This document shows positions 53,320 to 64,000 of a stretch of DNA of 64,000 nt, piece after piece (position 1 is the first letter of the stretch; every line of letters starts with the position of its first letter). The translations under genes were made by a program, and so were the position numbers. The notes under the pieces were generated by a model. That model was not told where the DNA came from. It did no database searches and was given only the letters and a program-made list of their open reading frames with translations. The stretch is from positions 25,048,001-25,112,000 of the forward strand of contig OZ024761.1 in NCBI GenBank assembly GCA_964016885.1, in the 5' to 3' direction. The stretch is from Eledone cirrhosa. Taxonomy: Eukaryota.

Positions 53320-53686
53320 ATATCAATAATATTAATAAATGGAAACTATCTTTATAAAACCATATTTATTTTATTATATATATTTCAATGGTACCAAACT
53401 TTTGGTACCCTCTCATCAGATAAAATACAAAAGTTGTTTTATTGATAATGACATATCACAAAACAAGAACTTATCGTTTTAAGTTCTGTTTGAATACAAA
53501 CAGAACTTAAAATTTAAACAGAACTTAAAACGATAAGTTCTTGTTTTTGGCTATGTCACTATCGATAAAACAATTTTTGTATTTTATCTGATGAGGGCGT
53601 ACCAAAATGTTGGTACCCTTGAAATATATATAATACAATAAGTATGGTTTTATAAAGATAGTTTCCATTTATTAATATTAATGATA
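53320..53686. repeat. Foldback palindrome (about 170-bp arms) with HHR cores on both strands
   Basis: Plus strand CUGAUGA(53588)-GGGCGUACCAA-AAUG-UUGGUACCCUU-GAAA-UAUA-UA; mirror core at 53383-53419 (-); related diverged copy at about 51645-51745. Confidence 0.85.
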
Positions 53687-53748
53687 TATATATATAAAAT
53701 AAAATAAAATAAATAAGTCAAATGTTTAAAATTTTGGCTTCGTTTATT

Positions 53749-53803
53749 ACTGCTATATATATTTCGGTGACAGCCATCTTTGGCTGTGACCTCTTCAGGC
53801 AGT
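53749..53803 (-). ncRNA. Type I hammerhead motif (left arm of inverted repeat 53696-54075)
   Basis: Exact reverse complement of the motif at 53958-54012. Confidence 0.82.
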
Positions 53804-53957
53804 CTGAATTAGTGTGGTAGAGACGACTACATATGTTGTTGAGGTGGTTAACTTTGTCAATACTCTGATATGCCCAGTTCCTGGTTGGGTTGTTGTTTCA
53901 TTGAGGAAATGGAATCATATGACAACATGTGTACTCGTCTCTACCACACTAATTCGG

Positions 53958-54012
53958 ACTGCCTGAAGAGGTCACAGCCAAAGATGGCTGTCACCGAAAT
54001 ATATATAGCAGT
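53958..54012 (+). ncRNA. Type I hammerhead motif (right arm of inverted repeat 53696-54075)
   Basis: ACUGC-CUGAAGA-GGUCACAGCCA-AAGA-UGGCUGUCACC-GAAA-UAUAUA-UA-GCAGU; perfect 5-bp stem I, long stem II, self-complementary (UA)n stem III; predicted cut after 54007. Confidence 0.85.
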
Positions 54013-54170
54013 AATAAACGAAGTCAAATTTTAAACATTTGACTTTTTTATTTTATTTTATTTTATTTTATTTTACATTACACCGGAGTAACCAAACCAA
54101 CCTGCGCACTTCGTCGAGTGCTCCAGTCTGCATACTTTGGTGTTGGTCTACAACCAACATATACTAAAAA

Positions 54171-54219
<49 letters not shown>

Positions 54220-54226
54220 ATATGTA

Positions 54227-54259
<33 letters not shown>

Positions 54260-54688
54260 CCCGTATCCTCTATGGTGAATAAGACAGAGCATATAATTAT
54301 ATAGATCAAAACAAACCATAAAATTGAATTAGACTGCACATAACATGTATGGTCAGTCTTTCATGTTGTCTCTACTAAATTGGAACCAGTTAGATTATAT
54401 TAAAAACTGATTTATAATTTTTACTCATATATAAATGTATATACCAGGTGTACATACTGCACGCCTTGCATCCATGCAGGAAACGCCACTGGTGCCTAAA
54501 TGACTGCATATGTACCCACATAATTGCAATCATATATCAGTATATATATCATTACAAATATACATGCATTACACATATACATGCATTCCTACATAGATTT
54601 AGACACACTCATACTCATGCATTTATATCTATATATGCACACATATTTTCATACACACATACATATACACACACACATATATACGCAT

Positions 54689-54719
<31 letters not shown>

Positions 54720-55659
54720 CATATACATACATACACACACATATATACACATGCACACACACATTTATATATGTATATATATATATATATATACATACAC
54801 ACATATATACACACATTCACACACACGCATATATATACATGTACATATATACACATGCACACACACATTTATATACACATGCACACACACACATACATAA
54901 ACACACACACCCATATATATATATATACACATGCACACCCACATATATATATATATATATAAGTATCACATATATATATATATGCACACATATATAAATA
55001 CACATGCACACCCACACACACACATATATATATGTATCACATATATATATATATGCACACATATATAAATACACACACACATATATATATACACATGCAC
55101 ACCCACACACACACATATATATATATATATGTATATGCACACATATATAAATATACATACACATATATACATACATAAATACATGTGTGTAGCCACACCA
55201 AAGATAAAAGTATATATAATTGAAGATAAAATAAAATAGAGTGGAATGAAATAATTCGAGGAAATAGGAGCGTAGGATTTTTTACTGCAAGACTTCAAAA
55301 TTTAACAAACTGTCTCTCCCTATTTGGATCATTTGAAACAGAAAACCCATTGAAGAGCAGGGTATACAGACATCTATGTATATTCATTCTCTTATCATGG
55401 TGGTATTCATTAAACTACCACCACCGCCGCCACCGAGCGTCGTCGTCGCCGTTCTTCGTCATACGTCTTCGTCCGTCGATCATCGTCGTCGTCGTCGTCA
55501 AAGTTATTTTTCTATCTATCCATCTATCTCCTCTCTATCTGTATATATATTTTTTTTTGGGGGGGAACGATCGACTTTCGTCAAATCGGACCGAGGAAAC
55601 AATGTTTCCGTTGGTCTTTCCAATTGCTAATACTATCTATCGGTCGCAACTCCAGGTAG

Positions 55660-55780
55660 AAGGAGCAACGTGAAATAAAGTGTCTTGCTCAAGGACATAA
55701 CGCATCGCCCGGTCCAGGAATTGAACTCACAACCTTACGATTGCGAATCCATTTCTCTCAACACTCAGCCACACGCCTTC
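55660..55780 (-). mobile_element. Family-B (CORE-like) SINE 5' part
   Basis: AAGTGTCTTGCTCAAGGACA and GGAATTGAAC...CACTCAGCCACAC on the plus strand. Confidence 0.85.
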
Positions 55781-55947
55781 ACCTATATGTATATATATAT
55801 TACTAAAACTCTGTGGTTGCTTGCTTGCTTGTCTGTAATGTAGAACAGCAAAGCAAAAGAGGCGTATAATGGGAAAATACTTTGAAAGAATTTCGTTTCT
55901 GAATTTGTTTAGCAAGATTCTTTATCTGAAATCGTATGTTGAAACCG

Positions 55948-56332
55948 ATATTGTTATACTTTGGGAGGGTCATGTTGCCAATAAGAAACACACGCACCAG
56001 TTGCTTCCACTTCAATTTATTATATATTTATAAATTTACAAATCTACAAACTTATAAATTTCTGGTTGGTTGGTTGGTTCCACAACCAGATAGTTGTTTA
56101 TATATAGTCATAGTCCTTTTGTCACACTGAAGAGGTCACAGAGTGTGTGACGAAAGGACTATGACTATATATAAACAACTATCTGGTTGTGGAACCAACC
56201 AACCAACCAGAAATTTATAAGTTTGTAGATTTGTAAATTTATAAATTTATAAATATATAATAAATTGAAGTGAAAGCAACTGGTGCGTGTGTTTCTTATT
56301 GGCAACATGACCCTCCCAAAGTATAACAATAT
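55948..56332. repeat. Near-perfect palindrome (about 175-bp arms) with an HHR-like core at the apex
   Basis: ATATTGTTATACTTTGGGAGGGTCATG... and its reverse complement; the centre has CUGAAGA(56127)-GGUCACA-GAGUG-UGUGAC-GAAA; related fragment at about 26005-26135. Confidence 0.9.
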
Positions 56333-56574
56333 ATATATATATATGCATGCATACGCGTATATATATTGGACTTCCAGTTTCATTTCACATTATATACATG
56401 TCTGTGCATATTTGAATTACGTTCTGAGTTCAAAATCATGCCTAGGTTAGCTTTGCCTTTCATCCTCACGGGGGTCGATAAAATAAAGTACCAGTCACGT
56501 ACTGGTGTCAATTTAATCCACTTCCCCCTTCCCCGAAATGACTGGCCTTGTGCCTATATAAGAAATTTTTATTG

Positions 56575-57140
56575 TTATTTTGTTAGTGTTATTTATATTG
56601 TTTACACGTTGTATATGTAAACCCCTCACTCTCCCTGTCTTTTGTATTGTCCATTATGTCTGCCCTTGTGGCCAATAGATGAAATATTGTTATTATGATT
56701 CCGTCTTCGGCGAATCCCGGATTAACTATTCAAATTTCACTTGAAGAGGAAAATCAGGGTGGAGAGCTAAGTGTTGTCTTCTAGTAAGTTTGTTGAAGGG
56801 TGGGTGAAAGTGGCGAGTCTGGTCCGAGTGAACGGGCCCGCTCTGAGTATGCGCCTGTAGACTGAGGGCTGGAAAACTGAGAGAGGGCGCATATCCTGGT
56901 GATCAGGGTGGCCGTGGACTTTTGTGTGGTTTTCGCCACGAGTGACCCTCGGAAGTCCCCCCCCCCCACCCCGATCGTTGAATTTTTGTTGTTTGAATTT
57001 TTTTTTATACTTCTACCTTCTTGTTATAACATTTTTTTACACGCCCAAAACCCACTTTGTATTGCCTGTAACGTTCTGTGCCGTCTGTAATGTTTGTCTT
57101 CATTTTAGCCATTGTGGCCAATAAAGAAACCATATTATTA
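56575..57140 (+). mobile_element. Two tandem truncated Tx1-like 3' ends after a SINE tail
   Basis: 56730-56840 encodes FKFHLKRKIRVES*VLSSSKFVEGWVKVASLVRVNG, homologous to the end of ORF 40660-41163; both pieces end in TTGTGGCCAATA.A.GAAA followed by ATT-rich tails. Confidence 0.8.
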
Positions 57141-58482
57141 TATGACAAGGTAGAATGTCTTGTCAGTGTTTAGAGTTGAGTGCTAATGTTTGCAGACTTC
57201 TGCCTATTTTCTTTTATTATGTGTATTTTTTGGAAATGCTGATTTTTTTTTCTACGAAGTTTTTTGTAGATTTTGCGAGATTGCTTCTTCTTGTTTTGTT
57301 TTTTGTTTTATTAATTTATTTATTTATTGGTTTTTATCAACTAATATATTTTGATATGGAAATATTTGTTTCTTCTTCCTTTCCTTCGTCGTTTTCTTCT
57401 TTTTCATTCTCCTCTTCCTCCACTCCTTTTCTTCATCTTTTTCTTTATCTTCATCTTCCTATTTTTCTTCTTATTCTTTGGCTTCGTCTTTTTCTTCATC
57501 AACTTCCTCTTTTTCTTCTACATCGTCTTCTTTTTCGTCTTATTCCTCTCCGTACACTTCATCTTTCTCTTCTTCGTCTCCCTCTTCATCTTCTCCGTCT
57601 ACTTCCTCTTCTACTACGTTTCTACTTTCTTTCTTTCTTTCCTTCCTTTCAAAATTAGCGTAATGTATTTATTACTATTATTATTATTATATTTTTTGTT
57701 TGTTCTGAGGAATTTGCAGCTATTTGGCAGTTCTCAATATGTGAAGTAAAACATAAAAAAAAGTTTCAAAACTTTTTTTTTTTCTTCAAGTGCTAAGCTG
57801 GTTAATATCGGAGCAGTGCAGGGTGAGAGGAGGGCAGAAGGATTTATGTAATGTAAAATGGCGACGACAGAGGCTGTGGGCGGTGGATTAGAGACGGCAC
57901 GGGAAGGGGGAAAGAGAGGTGGGGCAAAAAAAAAATAGATGGTGGTGATTGTGGTCGTGGTGGTGGTAGCTTTGTTGGGGGTTGATATAAAGTTTAATTT
58001 AATTTAATTTCTCTACTTCGTTATCTCAAAAAATGTTTCTTTGTCTTCCTTTAAATGTTTTTTTGTTTTATTTGTTGGCTTTTCCGGTTGTCATTTATTT
58101 ATTCTTGGAAACTTTTCTTCCTTGTCGGAAGACGTGAAAATCATATAATGTAATTATTGCGGTTTATCTGAATACGATGTCGTTGCTTTTTCACGTATGT
58201 GGATGTATGATCTTTATGTGTGGGTGCGTAGGTTAGCTATAGTTTTATTTCCTTTTGTCGTAAATCTTCTTTATATATATATATATATGCATATATAATC
58301 ATAAATATATATATTTATATATATGCATATATAATCATAAATATATATATTTATATATATGCATATATAATCATAAATATATATATTTATATATATGCAT
58401 ATATAATCATAAATATATATATATATGCACATATATGCATATATAATCATAAATATATATATATATGCACATATATGCATAC

Positions 58483-58516
<34 letters not shown>

Positions 58517-58648
58517 CTATACACTAATATATGCATACATATATATATAAATATATATATATACACATATATGCATACATATATATATATACACAAATAT
58601 ACATGCTTATATATATATATATATGTACTCGTATATATATATATATGG

Positions 58649-58697
<49 letters not shown>

Positions 58698-58834
58698 TAT
58701 ATACATTCATACATATATATATACCGATATATGCATATATACATAGATACACGCATATATACATTCATACATGCATATATACATTCATACATGCATGTAG
58801 ACATTCATACATCCATATATACATTCATACATCC

Positions 58835-58873
<39 letters not shown>

Positions 58874-59223
58874 CAAATAAAATCACATACATACATATAT
58901 TCTAATATATATATATATATATCCGTACGTGTATCTCAGTCGTTTCAGTAAATACACAACTCTTCCACCCAAACCTCGACCTCAACCACTCCGCCACCAA
59001 CTCTTGTACTGTAACCTGATAAATAATGTTAATATTACATTAGTCTTATCTTCTGCGTCTTTCATGCTTCTATATTATTGTTATATACTATGTATTTCGT
59101 TCAACCAGCTAATCTCATATTTTATATTGTTTATATAGTTCATATGTATTTTATATTGTCTATATCTTGATATATCTGTCATAACGCTGTTACACACACA
59201 CACACTTACACACATACCCCCCT

Positions 59224-59254
<31 letters not shown>

Positions 59255-59311
59255 CTCATAGACACACATATATATATATATATTATATTATGTATATAAT
59301 TAACATATAAG

Positions 59312-59342
<31 letters not shown>

Positions 59343-59396
59343 CATGTATACACAGACATTATATATATATATATACGCAAACACACACAAACACAG

Positions 59397-59431
<35 letters not shown>

Positions 59432-59438
59432 CATATAT

Positions 59439-59471
<33 letters not shown>

Positions 59472-59482
59472 CGCAAACATAA

Positions 59483-59520
<38 letters not shown>

Positions 59521-60319
59521 CTGTGTATGTGTTTCCTCGTAGATTTTCTCACACAGTGTGTGAAATTTATATGACTTGTTGCCATTTTTCTATTTTGTTT
59601 TCTTTATGTTCCTATACCTTCTGTGATTTACTCTATTCTTTCTCACTTCTGATTAGTTGTTATATTCAATTTAACATTACTATGGTAGCGAATATTTGTG
59701 GATTAATGTGTATGGTTAGATTTACAATAGTAAATGTCTGACGTGTATTTCCGTTTAACTTCATTCCATCTTTAATCCTCATTCTCACAAAAACGGAAGC
59801 AAGATTAACCTCTACCGTTCATTGTTCCGGCATTAATTAACGAACGAAACGTAAAATAATAAAAATTGAAAAACAAAATAAAGAATAAATAAAAAAAATA
59901 TATCAGTTTGCTCACATAATTAGTTCAATTTTAATGAAGATATAAATACCATTATTAAATTAGAAGCTTTCATCGTAAAGCAAGATTGAACTGTGATGAG
60001 TAAACACGTTCAAGATTTTCTATCCCTCACAGCACAAGGATAAGAAGCTATTTCTCATATCTCTGCCTTTAAGTAGTATCCTCTAAATACCCAGGGGCGG
60101 AGGAATGGCGGAAAGAGTTTATTTACACTTCACGCATGTCACTGTGGAGTTCAGTAAACCGACCTCACCGAAAATTTAGTTATTTGGGCATTAAATCTAA
60201 CTTCGAATCTTCAAGAGTATGCGGCGTTCTAGCATAAATATCCACTACCACCACCACCACACTTCGACATATAATGGTTTCGATTTAAGACCATTTATCC
60301 TAACACTAAGAGACGAGTA

Positions 60320-60884
<565 letters not shown>

Positions 60885-61425
60885 ATAAATTTGAAGACTA
60901 AAATCCAAAGAAGATCCTGTTAAGGGTGAAAGCAGCGATTCTTTGCTTAAACTTTAATCTGTTATTTTAATATATATATATATATATTGTTATATTTGGG
61001 GAGGGTCATATTTGTGTCATATTGCCAGAATTAATAACAGAACACACTCACTGTTTGGTTGGCTTTCGCTTTTCGCTTCTGCGTCTTTTATATCGGTAAT
61101 CTAATTTATTCGGTCCTCAATGTTGCCATTGACTGACCAACGGTCAAAAATAATACAGATACAATATAGACATATATATATCAAGTGAAAAGAATGAAAC
61201 GAAATTTCATTTCTCACTCTTAGTACGGCTGCTACTTCGGGCTGTTTGTTTAAACCGACCATTATAATAAGTGTTCAGTAAACCCATACGTACATATATA
61301 TATATATGTGTGCATGTATGTATATATATACATACTGCAGTACGTCTGTATACATATATGTATGTACGTATATATACATACTTACATTTATATATATATA
61401 TATATGTATTGTTATGCACACACAC

Positions 61426-61508
<83 letters not shown>

Positions 61509-61924
61509 GAGAGAGAGAAGCATATATATATATATATATAAATTCTATTTCGAATTTCAATTTGTATTTATCACATTTTGAACTAGAGTGTTACAGTTTA
61601 ACGGCAATCCTAATTATATCTTCTGGCTCACCAGTGTGTCGTGGTGCTCAGTTTGGGGACCATTGCCATAAAAGGAAATAACGTTAAACCTGTTAGCGAA
61701 ATAGGAAATATGGACGTAATATCGATATTTTAAAATGTCTGACATTTCTTTAAATCACGAACAATATGTGCTATGAAATGTCGTTTGGAATTAGATTATA
61801 CGGCAGCCATGTTAAGTAGTTAGTTACGATGTACAACTGCATGTACATATGTACGCATGAACACATATATATATATATACATACAAACATACATGGATAC
61901 GTGTGTGTGTATATGTATGTATGA

Positions 61925-61960
<36 letters not shown>

Positions 61961-62092
61961 TGTATGTATATATATATATATATGCACAAATGAATATATG
62001 TGTATTTGCGCATTTTATTCATTTACACACTCACTGGCATACAAGTATATTTATGTATCAAATACTGTCATATGTATAACTGCACGCGTATG

Positions 62093-62140
<48 letters not shown>

Positions 62141-62252
62141 TATGTATATATATATATGTGTGAGTATGTGTGCGTGTGTGTAAATATTTACTTATATATA
62201 TATCTGTATATGAGAAGTAGATAGGCACATCTAAACATGCACACGCACACAC

Positions 62253-62301
<49 letters not shown>

Positions 62302-62844
62302 CTTGTGTGTATGGATGTGTGTATGTGTGTGACGTATGTATTTATACCATAAATGATACATTTGAAAAAAAAAAATGAAACCGTCGATACCTTCGAAAAA
62401 AATAACGAAGTTCTTCGTAGAAAAAAACGTTAACAGCAACAACAAAAAACAAACAAACAAAATAAACAACAAACAAACAAACTAAAGCAGTAACAAACTA
62501 ATGCTTGGCAGGCTAACGTGGTTGAAGGGGATCTTTAGTACAAATGTAAATTTAGAAAAGGACTAAAAGGTTTCAAGCACTTGTTTAAAAATAAACTCTT
62601 TCCAACAAAGTTAATGTAATTTACAATTGTAGGAAACATATCGTGAACATAATGAAGACTTGTCGGAACATTATCAATTACGTCCGAAATAAAATAGGCC
62701 CAATCGTATAATTGAAAATACTTAACAAAACCAATTATTAACGAGACGAAGCTTACCTCTCCCGAAAAATAATTCTCCTTGTCAATTTATTACAAATTAC
62801 AAGCTCTAAATAGAAGTTGGCTAATTGACAGTATCGTTGGGACA

Positions 62845-62985
62845 TGGCTTAGTGGATAGAGAATTGGGCTAGCACTAGAAAGGTTGTGAGTTCGTTTCCG
62901 GGGCAGCGTGATGTGTTGTGTCCTTGAGCAAGACACTTTATTTCACATTGCTCCAGTTTACTCAAGTGTAGAAATGAGTTGCGAT
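62845..62985 (+). mobile_element. Family-B (CORE-like) SINE
   Basis: TGGCTTAGTGG A-box, GAGTTCGTTTCC B-box, GTGTCCTTGAGCAAGACACTTTATTTCAC core. Confidence 0.85.
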
Positions 62986-63521
62986 CCTGCCAAATCAATG
63001 GGTGGCAGTAGTTCCAGCTGCCTGCATCGAAAGACTGGTGTAGTGGTACTGAGAACAATGCAGCTATGCAGATGATCAATGCAAATTGACAATGGAAAGC
63101 GCTCCCGCTCGAGTTAGAACATAAATATTGACCTTCAGGAGAAGCAGCGAACCCCTGATTGTATTCAGCAACCGAAACAAATATGAAGTACACCAAATCC
63201 AATGCTCCTTGGGGCGGCGGCCCTGATTCTTCTTATTTGCGAGTGTAAACTCGGCCAGATTAGATTATATATATATATATATATGGAAAGAGTCAAGACC
63301 CTGAAGGCTGAGCTCCGGCCAAATATATATATATATATACATAAACATATTCATTTTGTCTCATTCGTTCCAGTTCTCTGCATTCTGTGTTCAAATCCAA
63401 CCCCGGTCACCTTAACAAGGATTTTCTGGTTAATAGGTAACGTTTTCTTGTATATGACAAGAACGGGATGCCCATCCTACTACCACGCACTCAGACTCAC
63501 AAAAACACACACACACATATC

Positions 63522-63880
63522 TAGTTGTCCCCCAGTATTCGCGGGGGGTCACATTTATAGATCACCCACGAATGAAAAACCGCCAATATTTGACGTGTTG
63601 CATAAAAAAAGCCTATAAATGTCAAAATATTACGTAAAATATAATGAAGGAAGAGAGAGCGTCTTATGCGAAGGAGCACCAATAGACCAGCAAATATGGT
63701 ATATTGTTATTAATAATTTAGCGTAAAAAATATATATATAGCCAAGAAAAATGCCATAAAAATACCGCAGAAGATATTTACGATTCCACGAATATGCGGT
63801 AGCTTCCAGGAACAGTTATTAGTTAGGTTCTAAGTAAAATTCCGCGAATAACTGAGACCATCAATGCCGAGACTATATTG
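63522..63880. mobile_element. Possible Tc1/mariner (pogo/Tigger-like) MITE remnant
   Basis: Starts TAGTTGTCCCCCAGTATTCGCGGGGG, with internal CCGCGAATA-like subterminal repeats; the right TIR is degraded. Confidence 0.35.
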
Positions 63881-64000
63881 CGTATATATATATGTAAACG
63901 AAGGAAATATTAGAACGTGATCTCCTTCGGTTTCTGTTTACAACTTCCCACAAACTACTGTCTCCCTGAACTGATGATTTGAAACAGTAGTAGACCATCG

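Noticed and set aside
54148-54339. Hydrophobic ORF as candidate signal-peptide exon of the Ly6-like gene
   Set aside because: Starts at GTG, has no splice donor and runs into (TA)n.
57155-57749. Phe/Leu/Ser-rich ORFs and an acidic reverse frame
   Set aside because: Degenerate (CTT)n low-complexity sequence, with stops in the acidic frame.
63968-63996. CTGATGA-TTT-GAAAC near the window end
   Set aside because: No stem II is possible; probably chance.

Overview
Repeat-dominated, AT-rich animal genomic DNA. The SINE types, very long (CA)m(TA)n tracts and CR1/RTE/Tx1 remnants suggest an octopod cephalopod (inference). Almost all long ORFs in the supplied track are microsatellite artefacts. One real protein-coding gene is supported: a minus-strand, probably GPI-anchored Ly6/uPAR (quiver/sleepless-like) gene with two phase-compatible exons (36665-36814, 35507-35820) and 10 cysteines; its signal-peptide exon was not found. 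The most striking hidden signal is a dense set of hammerhead-ribozyme (HHR) motifs. These are (i) a (TA)n-flanked tandem array of six 311-bp structured units at about 44616-46472, each carrying a minimal type I HHR, resembling a retrozyme/circular-RNA-type element, (ii) a canonical three-stem HHR at 17673-17748 (-), and (iii) many Penelope-like HHR-bearing fragments from several unrelated families, often arranged as long foldback palindromes inside (TA)n microsatellites. All calls come from manual reading; no database search or folding software was run.
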